Origin: Methanobacteriota archaeon
GTDB lineage: Archaea; Thermoplasmatota; Poseidoniia; Poseidoniales; Poseidoniaceae
Length of the DNA: 64,000 nt
Assembly (NCBI GenBank): GCA_002718195.1
Contig: PBDU01000005.1
Location: 3,638 to 67,637, forward strand
Direction of reading: 5' to 3'
Shown: positions 9,127 through 19,019 of the stretch, in pieces
Position numbering within the stretch: the first letter of the stretch is position 1
Layout of the letters: every line of letters starts with the position of its first letter
Translations under genes and position numbers: made by a program
The notes under the pieces: generated by a model
Told to the model about the DNA's origin: nothing
Seen by the model: only the letters and a program-made list of their open reading frames with translations
Database searches by the model: none

Positions 9127-12100
9127 TGCCTAGAAGAGATGACATAGAATCGATTCTCGTTCTTGGAAGCGGTCCAATTAAGATAGGTCAAGCAGCAGAA
9201 TTTGATTTCTCAGGTTCTCAAGCAGTACGGGCTTTGAGGGAAGATGGATACAAAGTCATTCTTGTAAATTCAAACCCCGCTACAATTCAAAATGACCCTG
9301 AAATGGCTGACGTAGTTTACATTGAGCCATTACTTGCTGATACTGTGAGAAAGATTCTAGAAAAAGAAAAACCAGATGCAATTCTTGCTGGAATGGGTGG
9401 GCAAACTGCTCTCAATATTGCTAGTGAACTTGCACACGATGGTTCGCTAGATAGGATAGGGGTGGAATTGATTGGTTCGGACCTTGATGCAATTGACAAA
9501 GCTGAAGACAGGGATTTGTTCAACAAAGTATGTGAATCAATAGGTTTGCCGATTAGTGAAGCAATAGCCTGTAATTCAATGGAAGAAGTCATAGCAGCCT
9601 CCAAGGAGATAGGTTCTTGGCCTCTTCTGATTAGACCAGCATTCACTCTAGGTGGATTAGGAGGAGGAACTGCTTATGACCTTGGTGAGTTAATTGAGAT
9701 CTCGACGCTTGGATTAAGGAATTCAAGAATTGGTCAGGTATTGATTGAAGAATCAATTCTTGGCTGGCAAGAACTTGAGTATGAAGTTATGAGAGATGGC
9801 GCTGACAATGCAACAATTGTCTGTACCATGGAAAATATAGATCCGATGGGCGTTCATACCGGGGAATCGGCGGTCGTAGCTCCTCTTCAATCATTCAGTG
9901 ATTCTGATCACCAACAACTAAGAGATTATGCTCTTGCTCTAATCAGAAAGCTAGATATCAAAGGTGGTTGTAATGTTCAGTTTGCATTCAACCAAGCAAC
10001 AGGAGAGATTCGAGTAATCGAAGTAAATCCTCGTGTGTCAAGATCTTCGGCATTAGCGAGTAAGGCAACAGGTTATCCAATTGCAAGAATGGCAGCAAAG
10101 ATAGCGGTTGGTTACACATTGGATGAGTTGCCAAACCCGATTACTGGTGAAGGAACAACCGCGGCATTTGAGCCAACATTAGATTACTGTGTAGTGAAGA
10201 TTCCAAGATGGCCATTTGACAAATTCCGTACTGCTGATAGAGTGCTTGGAACAAGCATGAAGTCCACTGGCGAAGTAATGGCAATAGGGAGGTCATTTGA
10301 GGAAGCTTTCTTGAAAGCATGGGCTAGCCTTGAGCAAGGAATCCCTCACCCAAGACCACTAACTAGAGCAGATGAGTCGGATGGGGAAGATTTCGACGAG
10401 AGAGCAAAACAACAACTGCCAGAAGAGACACTAATCGATTGGTTGAAAGTGCCGACTGATAGAAGGTTGTCTGCCCTACTAGAAGCATTCAGAAGAGGTT
10501 GGACAATCGATCAAATAAATGACGTAACCTCCGTAACAAAGTGGTTCTTGAATGGTTTCAAGAACATAATAGATTGTGAAAATGAAATAAGAAATTCTGG
10601 TATTCAGCCTTCACAAATATCTGAAACACAAATGTCAAAATGGAAATCTCTAGGCTTTTCAGATGGTTATATTGCTGACGCTCTAGCCAATTTCCCGCCA
10701 ACTGGACCTAAATCCTTGGATTCTGAATCAGATGAAGATGCTGTAATCTCAAGGAGACATCAACTAAAGATTCATCCAAAATATAGAATGGTAGATTCTT
10801 GTGCTGCAGAATTTGCTGCTAAAACTCCGTATTATTATTCGACTTACGAGCCAAACTCCGCTTTAGGAGTTGACCTTGTTCCAGGAATTGCAGAACGTGT
10901 TCAGCAGACCATGGTCGCTATAGGCTCAGGTCCAATAAGGATAGGACAGGGCATTGAGTTTGACTATGGATGTGTACACGCAGTGCATGCGATAAGAGAT
11001 GCAGGGAAAACTGCTGTTTTAATCAATAATAATCCAGAAACAGTATCCACTGATTTCGACACCTCAGACAGGCTTTACTTTGAGCCTCTTACCTCAGAGT
11101 ATACAACTGAAGTACTACTGAGGGAACAAGCAGATGGAATTTTGCTACAGTTTGGAGGGCAAACTGCAATTAATCTAGCAGAGCCAATTAAATCCAGAAT
11201 TCCTTTGATGAGAGAATTTGGGTTTGATTTGAAAATATTAGGGACAAGCTATGATTCTATAGACGAAGCTAGTGATAGAGAAAGGTTTGAAGCATTCGCA
11301 AAGAGAATCGGAATAAGGATGCCAATTGGATCGACTGGCTATACTCCAGACGATGTAAGAAAAGCAACCCATGAGATTGGCTTCCCTGTTTTGATTCGCC
11401 CATCATATGTTTTGGGTGGAAGAGGAATGGAGATATTATCTAATCAAAAGCAACTTGATGCTTATCTTGAAGAAGCATTTTTTGCACCTGACAGACCACT
11501 CCTAGTTGACGAATATCTCGGTCACGCAATCGAACTAGATGTTGACGCAGTTAGCGATGGCAAGACAGTACTTGTCGGTGCAGTAATGGAACATCTAGAA
11601 GAGGCAGGAATCCACTCTGGAGACTCAACCTGTTTCATCCCACCACAAACGATTTCAGACAAAACAATTGCCACTGTAGAAGAGCAAACAAAAAGAATAG
11701 GGATTGAATTAGGAATTGTAGGGTGCTTCAATATTCAATTCGCAATTCAAGGAGAAAACATATACGTTCTAGAAGTGAATCCAAGAAGTAGTAGAACAGT
11801 TCCATTTGTTGCTAAATCTACTGGTCTGCCTCTAGCTAGAATTGCGGCTAATGTTACAATTGGCATTCCTCTATCAAAACAAGAAATCCCTGAAAGAACA
11901 ACAGAGAATGTGTGTGTGAAAGCACCGGTCTTCCCATTCATCAAATTAACAGGACTTGATCCTGCTCCAGGTCCAGAAATGAAATCAACAGGTGAGGTAT
12001 TTGGCTCCGATAAAGACCCATACAATGCTTACCTCAAAGCAAGATTAGCAACCGAAATTCCAGTCTGCAAAGAGGGTGGAGTCTACCTGACAGTAAGGGA

Positions 12101-12470
12101 CCAAGATAAATCAGAAGTAGTAAACATTGCAAGGAACTTGCATGGACTCGGTTATCAACTGTATGCAACCCTGGGGACAGCCGACATTATACGTTCATCT
12201 GGTACTCCGGTTATGACTGTATATAGGATAAGAGAATCAAAACATCCTGATGCTCTTGATTTAATGCGCCAAGGTAAAGTCAATTTCATAATCAACGTGC
12301 CGACAGTCTCTGGAGGTGCTGTAAGGGATGGGAATATGATGAGGCGATTAGCAGTAGAAATGAACATTCCATTTGTAACAACTATCTCCGGGGCAAAGAT
12401 GGAAGTAGAGGCTATGAGGGCAATGAAAAATAATGACCTAGAGCCTGTAAGCCTAAATGTCAACTACTGA
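9126..12470 (+). CDS. carB: Carbamoyl-phosphate synthase large subunit
   Basis: Two ATP-grasp halves (GSGPIKIGQAAEFD; GSGPIRIGQGIEFD), EVNPRVSRSS and a C-terminal MGS domain; TGATG coupling with carA. Confidence 0.98.
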   Translation: MPRRDDIESILVLGSGPIKIGQAAEFDFSGSQAVRALREDGYKVILVNSNPATIQNDPEMADVVYIEPLLADTVRKILEKEKPDAILAGMGGQTALNIASELAHDGSLDRIGVELIGSDLDAIDKAEDRDLFNKVCESIGLPISEAIACNSMEEVIAASKEIGSWPLLIRPAFTLGGLGGGTAYDLGELIEISTLGLRNSRIGQVLIEESILGWQELEYEVMRDGADNATIVCTMENIDPMGVHTGESAVVAPLQSFSDSDHQQLRDYALALIRKLDIKGGCNVQFAFNQATGEIRVIEVNPRVSRSSALASKATGYPIARMAAKIAVGYTLDELPNPITGEGTTAAFEPTLDYCVVKIPRWPFDKFRTADRVLGTSMKSTGEVMAIGRSFEEAFLKAWASLEQGIPHPRPLTRADESDGEDFDERAKQQLPEETLIDWLKVPTDRRLSALLEAFRRGWTIDQINDVTSVTKWFLNGFKNIIDCENEIRNSGIQPSQISETQMSKWKSLGFSDGYIADALANFPPTGPKSLDSESDEDAVISRRHQLKIHPKYRMVDSCAAEFAAKTPYYYSTYEPNSALGVDLVPGIAERVQQTMVAIGSGPIRIGQGIEFDYGCVHAVHAIRDAGKTAVLINNNPETVSTDFDTSDRLYFEPLTSEYTTEVLLREQADGILLQFGGQTAINLAEPIKSRIPLMREFGFDLKILGTSYDSIDEASDRERFEAFAKRIGIRMPIGSTGYTPDDVRKATHEIGFPVLIRPSYVLGGRGMEILSNQKQLDAYLEEAFFAPDRPLLVDEYLGHAIELDVDAVSDGKTVLVGAVMEHLEEAGIHSGDSTCFIPPQTISDKTIATVEEQTKRIGIELGIVGCFNIQFAIQGENIYVLEVNPRSSRTVPFVAKSTGLPLARIAANVTIGIPLSKQEIPERTTENVCVKAPVFPFIKLTGLDPAPGPEMKSTGEVFGSDKDPYNAYLKARLATEIPVCKEGGVYLTVRDQDKSEVVNIARNLHGLGYQLYATLGTADIIRSSGTPVMTVYRIRESKHPDALDLMRQGKVNFIINVPTVSGGAVRDGNMMRRLAVEMNIPFVTTISGAKMEVEAMRAMKNNDLEPVSLNVNY

Positions 12471-12559
12471 TTATTGACATTTACAGGTTTATTGATTATT
12501 CTGCCTTGTTCAATTCAGATTACCGTTAGACTTGAAAGCAGGTTTTCTTTTGTCATACC

Positions 12560-13792
12560 ATGGCCGGAGTATATTGTCCGACATGCGAGTCCAGTGTGGA
12601 AGCATCAGCAAAATTTTGTTTAGCATGCGGTCATGATTTGACGGGGCAGGGTCCAATCACCTCTACGGGTCACGACCTGAATCAATTAAAAGACGTAATC
12701 AGGATGAGGGATGACCTCTCAATGGCTGAGAAATTCGACATGATTGCAAAAGTGGAGGAAGGAGCTAATCCAATCCAACTTGGAATTGCTGCTGGAGCAG
12801 GTGATGAAGGAGTGGATATCGGAGACGCATTTGCTGGAGCAGATGACATGGATAGCCTCTCATCATATGATTGGGGTCAATCCAAAGCAGCAAATGCAGC
12901 TGTGAAAGCAGTAGTCGAAGGAACAAGTGGCTGGGACCTTATTCAAACAGGTAAACTCAACCTTTCCGAAGACATGTTCAGAGATGCTATGAATAGCGGG
13001 ATGCAGGCCAGTACGCATATTCATGATGTTGCGAAAGGAGCGCACGAAGGAATTGATCCAGAAGCTATGAGTTCAATTCCGGTTTTGAAACCACCAAAGC
13101 GCTCATTCTGTCCAAAGTGCGGTTCCGACATTCACTCAAATACGATGCTGCAATGGAGAAAGTGGAGAGACTCATCTGGAGATGTTGTCTCTATGCAAAT
13201 GGAAGCTGCAATGGAAACTGCATTGATTCATATTGCCAGCCATTACATCAATTCTATGCAAGCGCTAAAAGATGAACGAGATGATGCCCTTGCAAAATTA
13301 GGAAAAATGGATAAAGGTTCGATAGAAGAAAAATTAAGGGAAAAGATTGAGAAAGAGATCAGAAAAGAACTCAAAGCAGAACTCAAGGACAACCAAACAA
13401 AGGATAGTTCCGAATCAAAGAAAAGTTCTACAACTAAGAAAACCGAATCAAAGAAAAGCACTAAAACTACCCAAACTAAGGTAAAATCCAAACCAAAGAA
13501 ATCTACTGCTGGAGGATTGTTCGGGAAGAAAACACCAACCAAGAAGTATGAAGGAGAGCCTGGTGGTAAAGTAGATTGGTTCTTGGAAAATGCACTTGAT
13601 ACAGTTTACGATCCGCATGGAACTGGTAAGGTCCTAAAACCAGCAACAATCCTTGCAAGATCAACCGATGGAAACGTAAGAGTTCGGGATGTTATCAGAA
13701 TTTACGGTATTGAAGGAAAGGATGGAATAAGTGAACTTGCCTGGACAAGTCCACAAACCAAATACCTAATCGAAGCATACGATGCATGCTGA
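12560..13792 (+). CDS. Zinc-ribbon-containing hypothetical protein with a Lys/Ser/Thr-rich linker
   Basis: CPTC-x10-CLACG at the N-terminus, an internal CPKCG, a coiled-coil-like stretch and a KKS/T low-complexity region. Confidence 0.8.
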   Translation: MAGVYCPTCESSVEASAKFCLACGHDLTGQGPITSTGHDLNQLKDVIRMRDDLSMAEKFDMIAKVEEGANPIQLGIAAGAGDEGVDIGDAFAGADDMDSLSSYDWGQSKAANAAVKAVVEGTSGWDLIQTGKLNLSEDMFRDAMNSGMQASTHIHDVAKGAHEGIDPEAMSSIPVLKPPKRSFCPKCGSDIHSNTMLQWRKWRDSSGDVVSMQMEAAMETALIHIASHYINSMQALKDERDDALAKLGKMDKGSIEEKLREKIEKEIRKELKAELKDNQTKDSSESKKSSTTKKTESKKSTKTTQTKVKSKPKKSTAGGLFGKKTPTKKYEGEPGGKVDWFLENALDTVYDPHGTGKVLKPATILARSTDGNVRVRDVIRIYGIEGKDGISELAWTSPQTKYLIEAYDAC

Positions 13793-15385
13793 TTAACTAG
13801 AAAGGCAATTACTCAACTGAGTAATGATGTCTTCTTTATCCATCTGTTCGAGAATTGGTGCTAATCTAGGTCCTCTTTCTACCCCCATCAAACAGATATA
13901 GGCAACTCTGTAGGCAATCTTTGGAGACAGTTCTAGATTTTTTGCGGAGGATGGAATCGCTGCATTGATTGAATCTTTTTGCCAATCTGCCGATTTGAGT
14001 AAATGGATTAAATTCTCAAGAACTTGTTTTTCCTGTTCATCAAATGATTTGACTAATTCAGGTACAGAAGAAAGAATTTCGATTCGCATTTCATCAGGGA
14101 AATGATGGCTCTGTATCCAATTTCTTATTCTTCTAAGTCTATCTTTCAAGGTTTCAGAAATTTCTACCTTCGATCCTGATGATGCTAGACTAGACCAAAT
14201 ATCTTCATCACTAGATTTAATTTGAGCAAGCATAGATAAATGTCTGAAGGTAACATAAGCGTTCTGGTAAGATTCTCCCTCGTTTACTACAGAATATTTT
14301 AGTGCTTGCTGTGCATCTTCTATAGAGACTAATTGCCTTCGGCTCAAACCCTCCACAGACAATTCTTGACCGAAGTCTCTGGCAGCTTGTCTTTCGTACG
14401 AATCTGCTAGTTTTACCAATTCCATTCCAGCATTGAAATCAATTGCCTTTGCTGGTTTTGTATCGGCAATTAGGAACCTAAGTATCTCCGGGGGAACCAA
14501 ATCCAAAGCTTCTATCGGTCCAATGGTGTTTCCGCTGGATGATGACATTGCACCTTGACCTTTGAGCATAATCCACTCATAAGTTAAGGGCTGAGGTGCT
14601 TCGTGACCAAAAAATTCTGCAAGGACTTTACCAGTGGAGTATGACCCTCCTTTGGTACCGTGATCTTTTCCAAAAGGCTCACATGAAATGTTATTGAAGC
14701 CCCATCTTGCAGGCCAATCTATTCTCCAAGGAAGTTTTCCTTCACCCTTTGAAATGTCAGATTTTCCTTCAACACCGTGTGAATCTTTCCAGAAAACAAA
14801 TGGGTCTTCGTAGCCAGTTACGACTACTCCATCAAGCGAGCCTTTGGAATCAACAGGGCTCCAAGGAAACCAATCTTTGCTCAGTTCTCTACCAGAAATA
14901 GTCTCAATTATGTCCCTTATTTTTTCTGGTTCTTGGCACACCATCTTTGCATAAGGGTAGAAATCTCCATTCTTGTAAGATGTAAAATTATCAATTATTG
15001 TCAATTTCACTCCAATTTGATTTATGGCTTCTAAGAATGGTTCCAGAAAGTGGGTTGCATAAGTACGACCTGCTTGAAACGCTTTGTAATCTGGCTTACC
15101 ATCTTGGTCCGGTGGAGGAATTAGAGAGAGTCTGTGTCCGATATATTTCTCATATTCTTCATCTAGAAACTTGTAAACACGTCTCAAAGGATCACTAGAA
15201 TCAACTATGAATACTAATTCTGCGTCTAGACCCTTTGCTCTACAGGCTCTTGCAATTATGTCCCCAGTCAAAATCTCCCTGAGATGTCCAATGTGAAATT
15301 CACCGCTGGGGGTTATTCCGGCAGCAATTCTATGCTTACTGCCATTTGCAGCTAACTTGTCAGCAATGACATCAGCCCAGTGCAT
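13793..15385 (-). CDS. lysS: Lysyl-tRNA synthetase, class I
   Basis: HWAD, GITPSGEFHIGH (HIGH), WRIDWPARW, EPFGKDH and MSSSSG (KMSKS-like) motifs. Confidence 0.96.
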   Translation of the reverse strand: MHWADVIADKLAANGSKHRIAAGITPSGEFHIGHLREILTGDIIARACRAKGLDAELVFIVDSSDPLRRVYKFLDEEYEKYIGHRLSLIPPPDQDGKPDYKAFQAGRTYATHFLEPFLEAINQIGVKLTIIDNFTSYKNGDFYPYAKMVCQEPEKIRDIIETISGRELSKDWFPWSPVDSKGSLDGVVVTGYEDPFVFWKDSHGVEGKSDISKGEGKLPWRIDWPARWGFNNISCEPFGKDHGTKGGSYSTGKVLAEFFGHEAPQPLTYEWIMLKGQGAMSSSSGNTIGPIEALDLVPPEILRFLIADTKPAKAIDFNAGMELVKLADSYERQAARDFGQELSVEGLSRRQLVSIEDAQQALKYSVVNEGESYQNAYVTFRHLSMLAQIKSSDEDIWSSLASSGSKVEISETLKDRLRRIRNWIQSHHFPDEMRIEILSSVPELVKSFDEQEKQVLENLIHLLKSADWQKDSINAAIPSSAKNLELSPKIAYRVAYICLMGVERGPRLAPILEQMDKEDIITQLSNCLSS

Positions 15386-15394
15386 ACTAATTCC

Positions 15395-15976
15395 TCAAAC
15401 AGGGACTGCTCTGATTACTCCTCTTAGAGGAACTCCATCAATTTCATTTCTTGTGGTTTTGTTTACCAAAACAATTGCCAAAACTGGTTCAGCACCAAGT
15501 TCTCTCATAGTTTGAATCGTTTTTGTCATCGTTACACCGGAGGATAAAACATCATCCACAATTATTACTTTCTTTCCTTGTACTTGTCCGTATTTTTTAG
15601 ACAATGAACCAGCGCCAGGAGCGCCATCGATGTTTCGATGTATTGCGATTTCAGAATCAAGGTAGGAAGAAACAACTTGTGCAAACAATATGCCATTAAT
15701 CGAAATTCCTACGGTTGTTGAAATATTCTCGGCTCCAACTTCTTCATCTGCAATATCAGCCATTATAGATCCAATTGCTTCCATTCTTGCAGGTTTAACT
15801 CCGATTGTCCTCCAACCAATTCTTACATCGCTAGGAGCTTCGTTTGAATCACCCGCTAATAACCAAGCGATTGTATCTTGTGAGAGGGATAATTCATCGG
15901 CAATTTGCTGGGAATTTAATCCTGATTTTCTCATATTTGATGCAGTTGCGCGCAACTCTTCTATGCTCATTATCAT
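15395..15976 (-). CDS. HTH + phosphoribosyltransferase protein (PyrE-like / GfcR-type regulator)
   Basis: N-terminal HTH (GLNSQQIADELSLSQDTIAWLL) followed by the PRT motif VIIVDDVLSSGVT. Confidence 0.88.
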   Translation of the reverse strand: MIMSIEELRATASNMRKSGLNSQQIADELSLSQDTIAWLLAGDSNEAPSDVRIGWRTIGVKPARMEAIGSIMADIADEEVGAENISTTVGISINGILFAQVVSSYLDSEIAIHRNIDGAPGAGSLSKKYGQVQGKKVIIVDDVLSSGVTMTKTIQTMRELGAEPVLAIVLVNKTTRNEIDGVPLRGVIRAVPV

Positions 15977-16068
15977 GGTGAACGATATCGGGCAAGTGTA
16001 AGGAGCACATCAATGCTATGGCTCAAAATTTCCAAAGCATTCAAGTGATATCGGCAAAGCGCAAGGAC

Positions 16069-16479
16069 ATGGCAGACTTTGATTACGAGTCATTGCTCGA
16101 GCGTGCTAGGGAAAAAATCCCAACAGATATATCCTCGAAGCGCAGATGGAGACTTCCACCTCCACAAATTCTTATCGAAGGTAATAACACCATCTTCAGG
16201 AACTTCAAAGAGGTCATAGACATGATGGAAAGAGATGAAGATCACTTTTTCCAATACATTTTGAATGAATTTGGTACATCTGGTGCAAGAGATGGTCCGA
16301 GAGCTAGATTCAAAGGAAGAATACCACCAAAGAGAATCAAAAAGACGATTATTAACTATGTTAATACATACATAAAATGTTCACAATGCTCAGCACCTGA
16401 TACGCACTTCATCAAAGAGGGAAGAACTACTCTCCTCAAGTGTCAAGCATGTGGTGCAACCAGACCTGTTAGGCTGTGA
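16069..16479 (+). CDS. eif2b: Translation initiation factor aIF2 beta subunit
   Basis: DYESLLERA, EGNNTIFRNF and zinc ribbon CSQCSAPDT..KCQACGA. Confidence 0.95.
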   Translation: MADFDYESLLERAREKIPTDISSKRRWRLPPPQILIEGNNTIFRNFKEVIDMMERDEDHFFQYILNEFGTSGARDGPRARFKGRIPPKRIKKTIINYVNTYIKCSQCSAPDTHFIKEGRTTLLKCQACGATRPVRL

Positions 16480-16484
16480 AGTAA

Positions 16485-16799
16485 TCAATCTAATCTCATC
16501 AAGATTGAATCGCTTTTTTCACCGGTGATGATATGGTTCCAAACTTTTTCTAGGTCCTCTTCTGATTTAATTGAGTACCAGACTCCCTCGGGATATATTA
16601 CACATGAAACTCCTTGTTCACAGTAATTCAAACAACCTGATTTTTGCACTCTGATATTTTTTATACCTTCTTCTCTAGATCTTCTTTTGAGTTTGGTCAT
16701 CATCTCAAGTGATGATTTACTCTTACAATCTCCTCTCTTATGTCCAGGTGTCCTCTCATGTCCACAGAAGAATACATGGCGCTTGTAACCCGGTTCCAT
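16485..16799 (-). CDS. Thioredoxin-like [2Fe-2S] ferredoxin
   Basis: HVFFC..GDC..KSGCLNYCEQG..VIYPEGVWY pattern. Confidence 0.9.
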   Translation of the reverse strand: MEPGYKRHVFFCGHERTPGHKRGDCKSKSSLEMMTKLKRRSREEGIKNIRVQKSGCLNYCEQGVSCVIYPEGVWYSIKSEEDLEKVWNHIITGEKSDSILMRLD

Positions 16800-17047
16800 C
16801 AAATAGCCTCCTCTATTTTGTTTGCTAGTTTGAAATCTAATTGAGTGACGGCATTTTCATCATGTGTATAACATTCGATTACAACATAACCCCATCCGAA
16901 ATGAAGTTCTGGATGATGGTTCAATCGCTCTGCAATTTCTGAAATCTTGTCAACGATTTGTTTTGCTTGATTGAAATCTGAGCATTCTAATTCCCGCATT
17001 AGTCTTCCATCAACCAAGGTCCACCCGTCGGGAGCTTGGGTACTCAA
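16799..17047 (-). CDS. Pterin-4-alpha-carbinolamine dehydratase
   Basis: GW..L.R..DF..A..V.KI..IAE.LNHHPEL motif and CYTHD..VTQLDF.LA; TTG at 17047 inferred just after the upstream stop. Confidence 0.9.
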   Translation of the reverse strand: MSTQAPDGWTLVDGRLMRELECSDFNQAKQIVDKISEIAERLNHHPELHFGWGYVVIECYTHDENAVTQLDFKLANKIEEAI

Positions 17048-17051
17048 ATAA

Positions 17052-17492
17052 TCATCCCCAGAGATGAGAATCATCACTTTTGTTGGTTTTCTTTTCAACG
17101 GTTTCATGCAGTTTATTTCTTCTCTTCATGTCTGCTCTTTCATAAGTCAATAATTCAGAGTCATCGATGTATGCGGGCCTAGTATGACAGATTAGGGATA
17201 TTTTCACAACCACATCTCTTGCTATGTACTGGTGAATTCCATTCTCATCATGTAATTCTATGCTAGATTTACCGCTGCTCAGTAGTCTGCCTCGCAGTGT
17301 GTGTTCATCCTCTTCTCTGAGTGACCTTGCGTCTAATTGAATTTCTACGATATCATCTCTTCTCAAACCATGCCTTCGTTCTAAAAGTTCACCATGAACG
17401 ACACTCACAAAATCCTCAATTTTTGGACTCCCCATGTCTTTGAGTATCTTTTCCGCCCATTGAGGCAACTCAGCATCCTTCTTCTTCGGCAT
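17052..17492 (-). CDS. Hypothetical protein, possible Sm-like beta-barrel
   Basis: Beta-rich core (VEIQL..LRGRLLSSGKSSIEL..HQYIARDVVVKISL) and a charged helical tail; ATG at 17492 preferred. Confidence 0.65.
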   Translation of the reverse strand: MPKKKDAELPQWAEKILKDMGSPKIEDFVSVVHGELLERRHGLRRDDIVEIQLDARSLREEDEHTLRGRLLSSGKSSIELHDENGIHQYIARDVVVKISLICHTRPAYIDDSELLTYERADMKRRNKLHETVEKKTNKSDDSHLWG

Positions 17493-17615
17493 AATTACTC
17501 CTTGATTCGGACTCCCATAAACCCCGCTATCTAAAAACTTGAATTTTCTTTGCAAGATTTGCTTTCACAGGAATGCATTCATGAAGGGTGGGTTTCAGCC
17601 CTTGCATGATAGCAT

Positions 17616-18740
17616 ATGAAAATCTCATGGCGTACTTTGCCCACGGTGCTATTATCTGATGAGATTTTAGACAAGGCCTTTACCAAGGCAAGGAAGGCTT
17701 CAGAACGAGTAGAAGACCCACATAAGATTTTCAGAACCAGGAAGCAGATGATAAGAATGGTTCAAACCAGTGCGGATTCAATACGTTCACACTTCGATAA
17801 CATGGTATCGACGTGGCCAAGTCTTGATCACATCCCAGAATTTGATTATGCGATGATAGATGCTTGTGTCGGTTGCGATGATTACAGAAAAAATCTGGCT
17901 ACTTTGCAGTGGGCTGGTGAGACGATTTCAAAGATAGCAGGGCAGAATGTAAAGAAGATTACAAGAACTGCTAACATAGAGTTTATGCATTCCACAAGAA
18001 GGGAATTTTACGGAAGAGTAGGCTCTATCATGGGAAGGGTGGAAAAACCACTAAAATGGCTAAACGAAGCAAGAGAAACTCTCAAACAGCTACCTCAAAT
18101 TGACACTGCACACCCATGCATAGTCGTATGTGGAGCTCCAAATGTTGGCAAATCGGCATTTATTGAAGCCTTGTCATCTGGAAAGACTGAGGTAAATCAT
18201 TACCCATTTACAACTAAGAGAATTCATTTAGGGCACTTTTTGCACAGGAGATTACAGTACCAAATGGTGGACACGCCCGGTTTATTAGACAGGTCAATGG
18301 AGTCTCGAAATGCAATCGAAATGCAAGCGATTGCAGCTTTGAAGCACCTTGGCTCACTAGTTCTATTCTTGTTAGACCCAACAGAAAAATGTGGAACCTC
18401 ATTGGTTGAACAACAGAATCTCTATTCGGAGGTTGAAAATTTGCTAGAAGGAACTGATATTCTCCTAGTAACAAGTAAAGCTGACTTGATTGAACCACGA
18501 CCTGAGTTATGGGATGAAGTTGCCAGACACGAACAAGAATATCGAAGTGGTGAGATTGATGATATTGTAGATATGCCACTTCTTTTAGATTCAAATGGAC
18601 ATGTTACAATGAGTGCTATTGAGAATGTAGGAATGGATTCTTTGAGAATGGAGATTGTGAAGAGAGTGATGGAATCACAGCCTGATGACCCTCTTGCTTT
18701 GCCTGAAGGTTGGCACATGAAAACTCAAGGATTAGATTGA
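17616..18740 (+). CDS. NOG1-family (Obg-like) GTP-binding protein
   Basis: G1 GAPNVGKS, YPFTT, G3 DTPG and G4 TSKAD, with the NOG1 helical N-domain. Confidence 0.93.
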   Translation: MKISWRTLPTVLLSDEILDKAFTKARKASERVEDPHKIFRTRKQMIRMVQTSADSIRSHFDNMVSTWPSLDHIPEFDYAMIDACVGCDDYRKNLATLQWAGETISKIAGQNVKKITRTANIEFMHSTRREFYGRVGSIMGRVEKPLKWLNEARETLKQLPQIDTAHPCIVVCGAPNVGKSAFIEALSSGKTEVNHYPFTTKRIHLGHFLHRRLQYQMVDTPGLLDRSMESRNAIEMQAIAALKHLGSLVLFLLDPTEKCGTSLVEQQNLYSEVENLLEGTDILLVTSKADLIEPRPELWDEVARHEQEYRSGEIDDIVDMPLLLDSNGHVTMSAIENVGMDSLRMEIVKRVMESQPDDPLALPEGWHMKTQGLD

Positions 18741-19010
18741 GTTGAAAATAATCGGTCCGACGAATGCAAAGGCAAACAATCCAAGAAATACGAACATCCA
18801 AACTCTCATTTGCTTCTGATTCTTTTCATCTTTGATGTTTCTATCGATGCAATCTTGCTCGGAACAAACACGTGGATCAGTCCCACTTGGGATGACCTCG
18901 TAACATACCCTGCAATGTAAATGTGCAGGAACTCTGTTCAAATTTCCAGAGGGCTGAGATTTGGTTTTCTTTTTGCTAACATTCTGTTTGATTTTCGATG
19001 CATTGACCAT
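18732..19010 (-). CDS. DUF2116-like Zn-ribbon membrane protein
   Basis: HLHCRVCYEVIP..VCSEQDC followed by a C-terminal TM. Confidence 0.8.
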   Translation of the reverse strand: MVNASKIKQNVSKKKTKSQPSGNLNRVPAHLHCRVCYEVIPSGTDPRVCSEQDCIDRNIKDEKNQKQMRVWMFVFLGLFAFAFVGPIIFNSI

Positions 19011-19019
19011 GTTTTCACC

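Noticed and set aside
17048-17107. Apparent 56-bp overlap between the pterin dehydratase ORF and the upstream gene
   Set aside because: A TTG start at 17047 just after the upstream stop removes the overlap
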